A program made the position numbers and the translations under genes. Below are positions 17,638 through 31,014 of a stretch of DNA of 64,000 nt, piece by piece. The notes under the pieces are model-generated. The model was not told the DNA's origin. It worked only from the letters and a program-made list of their open reading frames with translations, and searched no databases. How positions within the stretch are numbered: position 1 is the first letter of the stretch; the number at the start of each line of letters is the position of its first letter. Where the stretch lies: the NCBI GenBank assembly GCA_963807635.1, contig CAWEDJ010000040.1:32001-96000 (forward strand), in the 5' to 3' direction. This DNA is from an uncultured cyanobacterium. Its GTDB lineage: Bacteria; Cyanobacteriota; Cyanobacteriia; Cyanobacteriales; Microcystaceae.

Positions 17638-18791
17638 TTATTGACTGACGGAAGGCTGACGGACAAAACTCGGTAAATCAACGCAACGACGGCTTTTGGG
17701 TTCCGAGGGATGGATCGCAAAACTGAGAAAGGAGCGATCGCGTTTAGACGGAATTTTTTCTATGGGTTTAGAGGGAGACGGTTCAGGTTCCGCCAGGGCA
17801 ACAGGACTGGGTTCAGTAATAGCCGTTGGTGGGGGGGCAATCATTTCTGGACTTTCGTTGGATTCCCAAATTTCATCGACGGGGGCCACTTTGAACTTTC
17901 TGCGGTAACTACGGGGATTTGGGTGATCGCAGCGTTTAACTCTTGAGGGGTATTTTTATCGGGAAATTTAAACGGTGTTGTCTCGTTAGTTAGGGTTTGG
18001 GCTGACCAGGGTTGAATGGGGGTAACTTGTCCCGTCAGAGACGCGATCGCGTGAGCAATATCAGAAGACGGATTGAGATTGGGCGTGGCCAAACACTGTT
18101 CTAGGGCCGTTTTGTACTGAATTGCGTACCGTTGCTGACGTTGGAGACGGGCGCGGACTTCTTCTAATTGTTGTTCTAATACCTTAATTTGATGACCCTT
18201 TTCCTCACAAAATTCCTGCAATAGGGAACATTCTCGCTCCAGTTCGGCCGTCCGTGCTTGGCTAGTGACAGTTTTTTCCGTTAGGCTTTCCACTTGGAAT
18301 TGTTGACGTTGGGCTTCTTCTCGGTAAACCTGAAATTCTGCGACGGTATAGGCCAAATGTTCCTGGACTTTGCTTAATTCTTCCGCTTGTTGGGCGATTA
18401 ATTGATCGGCACTTTGCGATCGCCTAGCTTGACCCTCAAGTTGTCTCTCTGCTTCACTTAAAGCCTCTTTATAAACTGAAAGTTCCTGGAGTAAATCCTG
18501 ATGTTCTACTAAAAAAGGCGGCATTAACACGGAAACCGCAGAAACTTCCTGCGATCGCGCAACTTCTTCTGAGATCACCCCCCAGGAATTTTCCGAATCA
18601 TCGAATAAAGGAGCCGATTCATCAGGAGTAAAGGTTAAATGACTGAAAATATCCTCCAAAGATTCCAAGCTTTGCTGAACTTCACCCTCCGCCAAACTAG
18701 ACGGAACTCGCTCAATGTCAAAAAGAGAAGTCAATGACTCCGAGGGTGGTTCGTCTTCAGAAAACAAGGAAAAAAAGTCAGAATTACTCAT
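17638..18791 (-). CDS. Coiled-coil hypothetical protein (frameshift near 17885)
   Basis: RLQRQQRYAIQYKTALEQCL...PIQPWS. The downstream frame ends VDLPSFVR; the shift lies at TGGCCCCC. Confidence 0.75.
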
Positions 18792-18922
18792 AGGGGATTA
18801 GGCGACTTGGCGTTGGCTTGATTAACAAATAGATGACATTTACCCCGATTTGGTTTCCTGTAAAGACAAATGACCTTAGAATAAATCTTTGGTTAAGAAA
18901 TATTAAGCTATCGAGAAAACTC

Positions 18923-19411
18923 ATGGGAGAAAAACTCAGTCAATTATTAGAACCGATCGCCGCCTGGTTTAGTAGTTTCGATTTACCAGAGGTGATCACC
19001 CATTGGGGCCATCCCGTCATGATGGGAACAGTGATTTTTGTGATGGGAGGTTATGTCGCCTACGCAGGTTGGCAAAGCCGTTTAAATCCCGATGCTGAAA
19101 TTGCCGCCAAAAATCGTACCGATCACCGTAAATTAGCCCCCTGGATGTTTTTATTCCTCGCCTTGGGCTATACGGGCGGTATTTTATCCCTGGTCATGCA
19201 GAAACATTCCCTCCTAGAAAGTCCTCACTTTCTGACGGGTTCCATTGCCCTATTACTTTTAGCGACCAATGGAATGATTTCCCTCTTTGGCTTTGGCGGT
19301 TCCCAAAAGGAAACCCTCCGCTCTGTCCATGCCTATTTAGGGGCGGGAATTATGGTGTTGCTCATTGTTCATACCGCTTTTGGTTTAAGTCTCGGTTTTT
19401 CCCTTTCGTAA
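18923..19411 (+). CDS. DUF4079 membrane protein
   Basis: HWGHPVMMG, H.KLAPW, LESPHF.TG, HAYLG (His-containing helices). Confidence 0.85.
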   Translation: MGEKLSQLLEPIAAWFSSFDLPEVITHWGHPVMMGTVIFVMGGYVAYAGWQSRLNPDAEIAAKNRTDHRKLAPWMFLFLALGYTGGILSLVMQKHSLLESPHFLTGSIALLLLATNGMISLFGFGGSQKETLRSVHAYLGAGIMVLLIVHTAFGLSLGFSLS

Positions 19412-19777
19412 ATCCTTAGCCGTTAAATTCCCTAGAATCTTGATTTTTCAGGGTTTTAGGGATTTAGTCTTTCAATATAAAAAATATATGCTCAAAAAGG
19501 CGATCGCGCTTCAAACTCAATTTAAATAGGAATAATAACTTGCTCCAAGTCTGAATAATTGCCGATATTTATCAACCAAGAGTTTAATTGCTTTAGCTCA
19601 TCTCTCATACAATTCTATAGGTTACAAATTCAGATAAAGATAACAAAACTGACTTAGAATGCCTATTAAAGTTATCAGACAGTAAGCTCAAAAATTGTTT
19701 AATCTCGGTAGCCGTGAGCCTCTGGAGATTTAAAGCACGATTTTTCAATCCCTTTATACCCTTAATTAATCATTCCA

Positions 19778-20843
19778 ATGTTTTCTTCTCATTTACTTAT
19801 TACAGGCGGTGCGGGTTTCATCGGTTCTAATTTTGTCCATCATTGGTGTCATCAATATCCCCAACATCGCGTAATCGTTCTAGATGCGTTGACCTACGCC
19901 GGTAATCGTCAAACTCTCGCTGATTTAGAAGGAAAAGACAATTTTCGTTTTGTTCAGGGGGATATATGCGATCGCGAATTAATCGACTCTTTGCTCAGGG
20001 AAGAACAAATTGGCATGGTAGCTCATTTTGCGGCAGAATCCCATGTTGACCGCTCAATTTTAGGGGCCTGGGGCTTTTGTACAAACCAATGTGGTGGGAA
20101 CGTTTACCTTATTAGAAAGTTTTCGACAGTATTGGAATGAAAAAAGACAACCTCAAGGCGATCGCTTCCTCCATGTTTCCACCGATGAAGTCTATGGCAG
20201 TCTAGAACCCGATGATCCCGCTTTTACCGAAAAAAAACCCTATTCCCCCAACAGTCCCTATTCGGCATCAAAAGCAGGGAGTGATCATCTCGCAAGAGCC
20301 TATTTTCATACCTACGGAATGCCGACGATAATTACCAATTGTTCTAATAATTATGGGCCTTATCATTTTCCTGAAAAATTAATTCCCTTGATGTGTATTA
20401 ATATTCTTTTGGGAAAACCTCTGCCCGTTTATGGCGATGGACAGAATGTTCGGGATTGGCTCTACGTCGGGGATCATTGTCAAGCGTTAGAGACGGTTTT
20501 ACACAAAGGAAAAGCGGGAGAAACCTACAATATTGGGGGCAATAATGAGGTTAAAAATCTGGAGTTAGTAACGCTTTTATGCCAACTCATGGATGAATTG
20601 GCTCCTGATTTACCCATCAAACCTTCCAGTCAATTAATTACCTTCGTTAAAGACCGTGCAGGCCATGACCGCCGTTATGCGATCGATGCCACTAAAATTC
20701 GTACTGAGTTGGGTTGGACACCCCAGGAAACCGTTGAGCAGGGATTACGCAAAACCATCCAATGGTATTTAGAAAATCCCGACTGGTGGCAACCGTTGTT
20801 ATCAGAAGATTATAAAAATTATTATCAAAAAGTTTACGGTTAA
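19778..20843 (+). CDS. rfbB: dTDP-glucose 4,6-dehydratase (frameshift near 20065)
   Basis: [41 protein letters not shown]; extra G in GGGGCC. Confidence 0.93.
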
Positions 20844-21532
20844 TCGGGTCGATAACTGCCCATCACTCGTCCGCAACTCCACCATTTTTGGTAATAACTT
20901 TGGCTAATTTCATCGCCTTCGGTGGAAAGAATATCAATACCAATGCCATTTCGTCCCATAGCTTTTCCTGAACTGTGGATATAGTAGCGATCGCCTAAAT
21001 GGAGGGCGACATGATCAACCCGTTTACTCCCAAAAAAGATCAGATCTCCAGGCAGTAAATCCGCGATCGCCACTCGTTCCGTAAATGCTTCTTGCTGATA
21101 GGAATCCCTGGGTAACCAAATGCCTGATGCTGCAAAGGCCGCTTGCATTAATCCCGAACAATCATAGTTAGGGCCGAGGGTTCCTCCCCAGAGATAATAA
21201 TTGGGTTGTTCCTTGGCCGCTTGGGCGTAGGCAATAATTTCAGGAAGACGGGCTTCAATCTCTACACGGGGCAGGGCGATCGGCTGATATTTTTCTGAGA
21301 TGGGTTGGAGAGTGCTTAATTTTTCTAGGGGAAGCCAAGCCTGATAGCCATCTTCTACTAAATTCACCTTGACGGAGATCGGGTTAGATTCATTTTCGAC
21401 TACGGTGAGGTATCTGCCTTCTTTGGCTTGGGTTGCCAGGGTTTTACAATCCGTTTCGTCATACAGATCGAGAGAAACTGAGCATTGATATTCGAGAGTC
21501 ATCAGAAAATTTTCGGAAAAAGACTGATTCAC
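20840..21532 (-). CDS. NlpC/P60 (C40) cell-wall peptidase
   Basis: YLWGG...DCSGL...LPRDS.QQ, GDLIFF, HVAL...IHSS. Confidence 0.92.
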   Translation of the reverse strand: MNQSFSENFLMTLEYQCSVSLDLYDETDCKTLATQAKEGRYLTVVENESNPISVKVNLVEDGYQAWLPLEKLSTLQPISEKYQPIALPRVEIEARLPEIIAYAQAAKEQPNYYLWGGTLGPNYDCSGLMQAAFAASGIWLPRDSYQQEAFTERVAIADLLPGDLIFFGSKRVDHVALHLGDRYYIHSSGKAMGRNGIGIDILSTEGDEISQSYYQKWWSCGRVMGSYRPD

Positions 21533-21576
21533 TTTAGCAAAAAATTGTCGAGTGTGAATGGCGATGCCTCATTAAA

Positions 21577-22022
21577 ATACCAACCCTTTTGCTTTAGTGA
21601 CAGCCGCTCATTTATTGACTCAAAGAACTCGCAAAGATGTAGAGGCGCGTTACACTGCAAAATGGCGATTGGCTAAGTTATTATACGAAAAAGACTGGGG
21701 AAAACAGCAAATTATTGACTTGTTTGCGATAATTGATTGGTTAATGACCTTACCCTCTGAATTAGAAAAACAACTCTGGACTTCAATTAGTGAATTAGAG
21801 AGGAATGTCAAAATGCGCTATGTTACATCGGTAGAACGAATTGGTATCGAACAAGGTATCGAACAAGGTGAAATGATTCTACTGCGTCGAATGTTGACGA
21901 AACGTTTTGGCGAGTTGCCTCAAGAGATAGAGATTCGTTTGAGCCAGGCTTCGATCGCCGATTTAGAGTTATGGGGCGATCGCATTTTAGAGGCACAAAC
22001 TTTAACGGACGTATTTGATTAA
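21577..22022 (+). pseudogene. 5'-truncated Rpn/DUF4351 gene; internal short ORF 21813-22022 intact
   Basis: NPFALVTAAHL...IDWLMTLP...MRYVTSVERIGIEQG...KRFGELP...LTDVFD; no PD-(D/E)XK N-terminal domain. Confidence 0.8.
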
Positions 22023-22131
22023 TCGATGGGTTTACGATTTGTCAGTTTAATCGCGTTTTTCTTGATCGGGAAGAGGCGATCGCTGATGGAGTCGGTAGTT
22101 TCCCATGTTTTGTAGGGCTGATGATGGAAGA

Positions 22132-23804
22132 ATGATTCAGCCCTTACCTACTGGACTTGTAAACCTGATCGCGGCGGGAGAAGTGATTGATCCTTGGCTC
22201 AGTGGTACGGGAATTGGTCGAAAACGCGATCGATGCAGGGGCGACCCATCTCAGGATTCGGCTGAATGCGGAAGAAGGTTCCATTCAAGTGACGGATAAT
22301 GGGCGGGGCATGACCCTAGAAGAACTGCAAACCTGCGCGTTACCCCATACGACAAGTAAAATTCGTGAATTAGCCGATCTTTGGCACATTAAAACCCTCG
22401 GATTTCGGGGGGAAGCATTGCATAGCCTGAGTCAGGTGGCAGAATTAGAAATTAAAAGTCGCTCTGCCCAGGATTTGAATCACACAGGTTGGCAAGTCCG
22501 CTACCATGACAACGGAAAAGCTCAGGAACCGCTCAATGTCGCGATCGCGGTGGGAACCATTATTACCGTTACTGATTTATTTAAAAAAATTCCCCATCGT
22601 CTGTTGGGATTGCCGCCCGTTGCTCAACAATTAAAAACTGTGCAGACCTATCTTCAAAAATACGGCCCTTTGTCATCCCCAGATCACTTGGCAAGTCTGG
22701 CAAAAAGAACAATTGTGGATCAGCATTAGCCCCAGCCAAAACGCCCAAAAGATTTTGCCTCAATTCCTCAAAACTGTTAAATTTAGCGATTTACAGTCCC
22801 TTTCTCTGAAGATTGAAACCCCGACCGATCCCGTTTCCGTTGCAACCTTGGATTTACTGATAGGCTTGCCCGATCGCTGCCATCGTCGTCGCCCCGATTG
22901 GATCAAAGTTGCCATTAATCATCGACCGCTTAAAATCCCAGAGCTAGAACAGACCATTATTTCAACCTTTCATCGCACTCTTCCCCGCGATCGCTTTCCT
23001 GTGTGTTTCGTCCATCTTCAGGTGTGTCCAAGCCAAATCGATTGGAATCGCCACCCCGCTAAAACGGAAATTTATTTGCAATCTCTTCCTTTTTGGCAAA
23101 CTCAAATTACCCAAGCAATTACTCAAGCATTACACCTTAATCTGGATATTTTGCCCGAAAATAGTCACCAACAACGGGTTAATCACCTTCTAAAAGCCGC
23201 AGAAGCCCAAGGAACCTATCAAGTCGATTCTGTGACGACGGAACCCCTGTCCACTCTGGGATTAATGCCCCTAAAGGTGATCGCCCAGGTGAATAAAACC
23301 TATATCATTGCAGAACATGAATCAGGACTTTGGTTAATCGAACAACACATTGCCCAGGAGCGAGTTTTATACGAAAAATTGCAAGATCAATGGCAATTAG
23401 TTAACTTAGAAAAGCCTATTATTCTGAATTATTTAAGTCAAAATCAAGTCGAAAATTTACAACATTTAGGCATAGAAATTGACCCTTTTGGAGAACAAGC
23501 CTGGGCCATTCGTAATGCCCCCGAATTATTAGCTCATCGAGAAGACTGCGCCGAAGCCCTGATAGAACTCAGTTTAGGCGGAGACCTATCCACTGCTCAA
23601 GCCGCGATCGCCTGTCGAACCGCTATTCGCAATGGCATGAATTTAAACCTAGCGGAAATGCAAATGCTTTTAGACCAATGGAAAACAAGTCGTCATCCCC
23701 AAACCTGTCCCCACGGCCGCCCGATTTATTTATCTCTAGAAGAATCCTCCTTAGCCCGTTTCTTTCGCCGTCACTGGATGATCGGAAAAAGTCATGGTAT
23801 TTAG
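22132..23804 (+). CDS. mutL: DNA mismatch repair protein MutL (frameshifts near 22195 and 22660)
   Basis: IAAGEVID, VRELVENAIDAGA, DNGRGM, TLGFRGEAL, EQHIAQER, ACR, TCPHGRP. Confidence 0.93.
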
Positions 23805-23838
23805 GTTAAAATGATTCATTTAATTTTTTTCAAGAATT

Positions 23839-23863
23839 GTAGGGACATAATATATTATGTCCT
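23839..23863 (+). repeat. GTAG-type REP palindrome
   Basis: GTAGGGACATAATATATTATGTCCT, identical to 24964-24988 and (reverse complement) 63717-63741. Confidence 0.9.
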
Positions 23864-23931
23864 CATAGCCATCTGATACCTTTTAATTCCAAATTCGCTT
23901 ATCAAAAACCTATAAACATTATTCTAAAATT

Positions 23932-24915
23932 ATGTCTGTTGTTTTAGTCGAACATTTAAGTAAATTCTATCCCGTCGCTGTCAAATCCCCTGGAATTAAA
24001 GGAACCCTAACCCATTTTTTTAAACGTACCTATCGAGAAGTAAAAGCCGTTCAAGACATTTCTTTTTCCATAGAAGCAGGAGAAATTGTCGGTTTCTTAG
24101 GCCCCAATGGAGCAGGGAAAACGACTACCCTAAAAATGTTAACAGGACTCATTCACCCCTCTCAGGGACAGGTTAGGGTCGCAGGTTATGTTCCTTTTCG
24201 TCGTCAACCCCAATTTTTACAAAAAGCCAGTCTCGTGATGGGACAAAAACAACAATTACTTTGGGATCTTCCCGCTCTCGATTCCCTGAGAATTAATGCG
24301 GCAATTTATAAAATTCCTGACGATATTTTTGAAAAAAGACTTCAAGAATTAGCAGAAATGTTGACCCTACAAAAACAGTTAACCCAACCTGTTCGGAAAC
24401 TCTCTTTAGGAGAGCGGATGAAAGCCGAATTATTAGCAGCCTTATTACACCATCCCCAGGTGTTGTTTCTAGATGAACCGACCCTCGGTTTAGATGTGAA
24501 TGCCCAGGTTGCCGTGCGAAATTTTTTGCAGGAATATAATGAACGTTATCAAGCAACGATTCTGTTAACCAGTCATTATATGGCAGATATTACGGCTCTC
24601 TGTAAACGGGTTTTGTTGATTCACCAAGGACAGTTATTTTATGACGGAGATTTAGAACAGCTTTTAGAACGTTTTGCACCCTATCGAGAAGTTCGGATAG
24701 AATTAGCTAATCTTGTCGCTAAGGAAAAATTAGAAGATTTTGCAGAAATTGAATCAATTGAAGGTCAAGAAGTCCGTTTTTTAGTCAAGCGAGAAAAATT
24801 AACCAGCACCGTTTCTCGAATTTTAGCCCAATTAGAGGTAATTGATTTAAGTGTGACCGATCCTCCCATCGAAGAAGTGATTGGTCGTCTTTTTGAAAAA
24901 GGAAATACTAATTGA
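23932..24915 (+). CDS. ABC-2 type transporter ATP-binding protein
   Basis: GPNGAGKTT, LSLGERMK, LFLDEPT, TSH. Confidence 0.93.
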   Translation: MSVVLVEHLSKFYPVAVKSPGIKGTLTHFFKRTYREVKAVQDISFSIEAGEIVGFLGPNGAGKTTTLKMLTGLIHPSQGQVRVAGYVPFRRQPQFLQKASLVMGQKQQLLWDLPALDSLRINAAIYKIPDDIFEKRLQELAEMLTLQKQLTQPVRKLSLGERMKAELLAALLHHPQVLFLDEPTLGLDVNAQVAVRNFLQEYNERYQATILLTSHYMADITALCKRVLLIHQGQLFYDGDLEQLLERFAPYREVRIELANLVAKEKLEDFAEIESIEGQEVRFLVKREKLTSTVSRILAQLEVIDLSVTDPPIEEVIGRLFEKGNTN

Positions 24916-24963
24916 TCTAAAAATAATTGTTAATAAGTTACATTTTTAAAACAGAAAAATCTT

Positions 24964-24988
24964 GTAGGGACATAATATATTATGTCCT
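24964..24988 (+). repeat. GTAG-type REP palindrome
   Basis: GTAGGGACATAATATATTATGTCCT. Confidence 0.9.
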
Positions 24989-25110
24989 TATTCCATATAA
25001 AATTAAATTACAAAATACTCTCTCAAAAAAACTTTTTTTAAGGTTTATCCTTGACCAATTTAAGAATCGAGATAAAATAAAACCACGCGAATCACCCGAT
25101 ATTACTGTTT

Positions 25111-26007
25111 ATGACCCTTGGACAATCTTTCAAAAATAAAACCCTCATTCAAATTACACCCTATTTATTTCTTCTACCCGCCTTAGCTGTTTTAGGAATA
25201 GCTGTATTTTATCCCGCATTTCAAGCATTTTCTCTCAGCTTCACCCAGTACGACCTCGATTTAACCCAAGCTCCCCAATGGGTCGGTTTAAAGAATTTTC
25301 AGAAATTATTCAACGATAAGGTTTTTTGGCAAACCCTTCGTAATACTTTTTTATACTTAATCGGTGTTGTTCCTATTTTGGTGATTGTTCCCTTGGGTTT
25401 GGCAATTTTAGTGAATCAAAAATTACGAGGAATTCGTTGGTTTCGCATTGCCTATTACACGCCCGTTATTATTTCGATGGTGGTTGCGGGAATTGCCTGG
25501 AAAGCTCTTTATGCCTCCGATGGAATTCTGAATCAATTACTGAAAATAGGGGGATTTACTGAGGGAATTCCTTGGTTAACCAGTCCCGATTTGGCCCTTT
25601 GGAGTGTGATGTTGGTGACGATTTGGAAAGGTTTGGGTTATTATATGGTGATTTATTTGGCGGGATTACAGGGAATTCCCGTTGATTTATACGAAGCCGC
25701 CGCGATCGATGGTTCCGATGGTTGGCAGAAACATTGGGATATTACGATTCCGTTGATGCGTCCCTATTTGTCTTTAGTTGCGGTAATCTCTTCTATTTCT
25801 GCTATGAAAGTGTTTGAAGAGGTTTATATTATGACCCAGGGTGGCCCTTTAAATCATTCCAAAACCGTTGTTTATTATGTCTATGAAAAGGCATTTCAAG
25901 ATCTAGAAATTAACTATGCTTCAGCGATCGGTTTAGTCTTATTTCTATTTATTCTAATTTTATCGATTATTAATCTCAAGATTTCGCGCAATACATCCAC
26001 TTTTTAA
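25111..26007 (+). CDS. Carbohydrate ABC transporter permease
   Basis: WVGLKNF, LYEAAAIDG EAA loop, MTQGGP. Confidence 0.92.
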   Translation: MTLGQSFKNKTLIQITPYLFLLPALAVLGIAVFYPAFQAFSLSFTQYDLDLTQAPQWVGLKNFQKLFNDKVFWQTLRNTFLYLIGVVPILVIVPLGLAILVNQKLRGIRWFRIAYYTPVIISMVVAGIAWKALYASDGILNQLLKIGGFTEGIPWLTSPDLALWSVMLVTIWKGLGYYMVIYLAGLQGIPVDLYEAAAIDGSDGWQKHWDITIPLMRPYLSLVAVISSISAMKVFEEVYIMTQGGPLNHSKTVVYYVYEKAFQDLEINYASAIGLVLFLFILILSIINLKISRNTSTF

Positions 26008-26022
26008 GCCTGAAAATTAGAC

Positions 26023-28018
<1,996 letters not shown>

Positions 28019-28034
28019 GTTTTATTTTATTTTA

Positions 28035-28095
28035 TTATAACAGAGAAAGTTGTTGAGTTTGAATAGGTTTGGGTGGTTTTTCTAAGGTTTTAAGG
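28035..28095 (-). pseudogene. Detached native 3' end of the type III mod gene
   Basis: Removing the ISAs1 and one TTAAGG copy gives in-frame ...NVANLKTLEKPPKPIQTQQLSLL*. Confidence 0.8.
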
Positions 28096-29392
28096 CAGGG
28101 TAAGCGCAAGAAAAATGTTAACGTAATATGATATACAAAAAAAGATGAAAAAAGATGAAAAAAGTAGAAATAAATCAAGACTCCCAATCAAACCTAGAAA
28201 TTCAAGAAAAATCAACCCGAAAAGCCCAAGAAAGATGGTTATCCTATTTTCAGAGTCTGGAAGACCCCAGAGGCAAACAGGGAAGAGAGCATAATTTTCT
28301 GAGTATCGTAATAATTTCCGTATTAGCCGTAATAGGAGGTGCAGTAGGCTGGGAAGATATAGAATTATATGGAGTGAGTCATGAACAATGGTTGAGAACA
28401 TTTCTAAATCTAGAAAAAGGGATACCAAGTGCAGATACCTATCGACGAGTATTAGCTAGGTTAAAGCCAGAAGCGTTACAGGGATGTTTTCAAGGGTGGA
28501 TAAAGCAAGTGGTAGAGGAGACAGGGGAACAAATTATTCCGATAGATGGTAAAGAGATGAGAGGTTCTTATGACAGAAATTATCAACAAGGGGCATTAAG
28601 AATAGTAAGTGCTTGGGCGATGGAAAATCATTTGATGCTAGGGCAAGTAAAAGTAGATAACAAAAGCAATGAAATAACAGCAATACCGATACTATTAGAG
28701 TCATTAGAGGTTAAGGGCTGCACAATTACAATAGATGCAATGGGAACTCAGAAAGCAATAGCGGAAAAAATTGTAGAAAAGCAAGCAGATTACGTTCTGA
28801 GTTTAAAAAGAAATCACCCCACGTTGCATGATGAGGTAGAGTCATGGTTTGAAAAAGCAGAAGAGCAAAAGTTTCAGGGAGTAAATTTGAGCCATGACTT
28901 GGGCATAGAAGCAGGACATAACCGCCGAGAGAAGCGTGAAATCTGGGCAATTCCTCTAAGCGAAATGGGAGGACTTTATCAAGAAGAAGAATGGGCAGGC
29001 TTGCAAACCATTGTCAGGGTGGAGAGATACCGACATCTCTGGAATAAAACCACTCACGAGATCCAATTCTATCTCACATCGTTACCCTGTTCTGCTCAGG
29101 TTATTGGTCGGGCAATTCGTCAGCATTGGAGTATCGAAAATCAATTACACTGGGTTTTAGATGTCACTTTTAGCGAAGATTCCTCTCGCATTCGTCGTGG
29201 ACATGGAGCGGAAAACTTTACTTTTTTGCGGCGTATGGCTATCGGAATTCTTAATCAAGAAAATAGCAAAAAAAGGAGTCTCAGGCAAAAATCTCGATTG
29301 GCTTCTATGAACTCTCGATATATGCTTCAAGTCCTTACTCAAGCTTTCTTTTCTTAACATTTTTTGTTTCCTTTTTTCTTGCGCTTACCCTG
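28096..29392 (+). mobile_element. ISAs1-family element with 6-bp target duplication TTAAGG
   Basis: Perfect 20-bp TIR CAGGGTAAGCGCAAGAAAAA at 28096-28115 and 29373-29392; TTAAGG at 28090-28095 and 29393-29398. Confidence 0.93.
28155..29357 (+). CDS. ISAs1 transposase
   Basis: DPR...H, GIPSADT, IDGK..RGS, KSNEITAIP, IDAMGTQ, HWSIENQLHWVLDVTFSED. Confidence 0.95.
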   Translation: MKKVEINQDSQSNLEIQEKSTRKAQERWLSYFQSLEDPRGKQGREHNFLSIVIISVLAVIGGAVGWEDIELYGVSHEQWLRTFLNLEKGIPSADTYRRVLARLKPEALQGCFQGWIKQVVEETGEQIIPIDGKEMRGSYDRNYQQGALRIVSAWAMENHLMLGQVKVDNKSNEITAIPILLESLEVKGCTITIDAMGTQKAIAEKIVEKQADYVLSLKRNHPTLHDEVESWFEKAEEQKFQGVNLSHDLGIEAGHNRREKREIWAIPLSEMGGLYQEEEWAGLQTIVRVERYRHLWNKTTHEIQFYLTSLPCSAQVIGRAIRQHWSIENQLHWVLDVTFSEDSSRIRRGHGAENFTFLRRMAIGILNQENSKKRSLRQKSRLASMNSRYMLQVLTQAFFS

Positions 29393-30969
29393 TTAAGGTT
29401 GGCAACATTAAGGCTATAGTCATCATGTCCCCATTCGCATTGATGAAGGACTGATTGGGGGATTTTTGTGATGGTAACTTGAGCAAATTCATCGGGATTA
29501 AGATGATAGGCTTTGCAACAAATGAGCAAGCTCTGGTCTTCTCTTAATTCTTCGTTAATAGCTTTTAGTTGATCATGAGTTAGGGTATTTGTGGTGACAT
29601 AAATATGATCAGATTCGGAAGAGTAGCCTTGATTCCAGTAGTTAGTTTGGCTAGGGGCGTAGGTGAATCCCATCAGTTTACACATGGCTTCCGCTAACAT
29701 TGCAGGATTATATTTGGGTGAAATAATCCAGTTATCATACTTGTCTTTTTCGAGGAGGGAAGGAGCTAATTTAAAGTAACGAAAGCCTCCGCCACCTTCC
29801 CAATTAACAGTTTTGGTAATGCCACCAGGGTCTTCATTATTAATAACTTTTTGTAATCGTGGAATGATGTGAGTATGGCAATGTTCACCGAGTTCAATCA
29901 TGATCCAACGGCGACCCATTTTCTGGGCTACGGCTCCTGTTGTTCCTGAACCTGCAAAGGAGTCTAAAACTAAATCGCCTGGATTTGTAGCAATTTCTAA
30001 AATCCTTTTAATTAATCTTTCTGGTTTAGGAGTATCAAATACATTTTGATTTCCATATAAACGGATCACTTCTTTTTTTGCTTCATCTGTGTGACCAACT
30101 TCATCATGGGGCCACCAATTATGAGGAGTCATACCATCACGAACTTCTGAAAGGAAAAGCTTTAATGCTGGAACTGTGTTATTACCATCTTTCCCCCACC
30201 AAATTCTATTTTCATCAACGTGTTTTTTGTGTGTTTGTGGATCGTATTTCCATGCTTTTTTTGTATTTTTAACAGTGCTTCCAGTATTAGGGTTAATAAT
30301 GTCATAACATAAATTTGGTCGCTTTTCTGGTGTCGCTTGATTAAGATAATCAACGGCCTTCCAAGGCCCTCGCGAGTCATTATCAGGATTTGAATATCTT
30401 GCGCTTGATTCCTCTGTTCTAGGCAATAAATTATTTTTAAACTTATCATTTTTTGCATAGACTAAAATAAAATCACAAATTGTTGCAATTCCTTGAAAAT
30501 TATTACTAACACTATACTTTCTCTGCCAAGTTATTGTTGATTTGTAGTTACTTCTGCCAAAAATCTCATCACACATCACCTTTAAATAATGTGCCTCATT
30601 ATCATCAATCGTGATCCAAATCGAACCATCTTCCGCCAATAAATTCCGCAAAATCTCTAAGCGATCCCTCATCAAACCTAACCAAATAGAATGCTCAACG
30701 CCATCATCATAATGTTCAAAAGCTGATCCCGTATTGTAGGGCGGATCAATAAAAATACATTTCACTTTTCCCGTAAATTCCTGCTCCAACGCCTTCAACA
30801 CCAACAAATTATCGCCAAAAATTAACCGATTATCAAAAATATCCTGATCCGTAACCCGATGCTTGGCATGATAGAATTTTTCCTTATCCTCCAACAAAAT
30901 ACGAGGCTCCAATCTTGGCCGCTCATCCTTGCCAATCCAAGTTAACTCCAAACGCTGCTTTCGACTCAT
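29335..30969 (-). CDS. mod: Type III R-M Mod-like N6-adenine DNA methyltransferase; C-terminus replaced by IS sequence
   Basis: LELTWIGK, GDNL..LK, IFIDPPYNTG, TPKPE.LI, LDSFAGSGTT, GGGFRYF. Confidence 0.9.
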   Translation of the reverse strand: MSRKQRLELTWIGKDERPRLEPRILLEDKEKFYHAKHRVTDQDIFDNRLIFGDNLLVLKALEQEFTGKVKCIFIDPPYNTGSAFEHYDDGVEHSIWLGLMRDRLEILRNLLAEDGSIWITIDDNEAHYLKVMCDEIFGRSNYKSTITWQRKYSVSNNFQGIATICDFILVYAKNDKFKNNLLPRTEESSARYSNPDNDSRGPWKAVDYLNQATPEKRPNLCYDIINPNTGSTVKNTKKAWKYDPQTHKKHVDENRIWWGKDGNNTVPALKLFLSEVRDGMTPHNWWPHDEVGHTDEAKKEVIRLYGNQNVFDTPKPERLIKRILEIATNPGDLVLDSFAGSGTTGAVAQKMGRRWIMIELGEHCHTHIIPRLQKVINNEDPGGITKTVNWEGGGGFRYFKLAPSLLEKDKYDNWIISPKYNPAMLAEAMCKLMGFTYAPSQTNYWNQGYSSESDHIYVTTNTLTHDQLKAINEELREDQSLLICCKAYHLNPDEFAQVTITKIPQSVLHQCEWGHDDYSLNVANLNRVSARKKETKNVKKRKLE

Positions 30970-31014
30970 TTATACCCAAATTTCGTTCATAGCCAACTTT
31001 TACAGTTTAACAGA

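Noticed and set aside
22132..23804. mutL as a true pseudogene (mutator strain)
   Set aside because: The indels lie at GGCC-adjacent sites like those in many other conserved genes, so sequencing error is more parsimonious.
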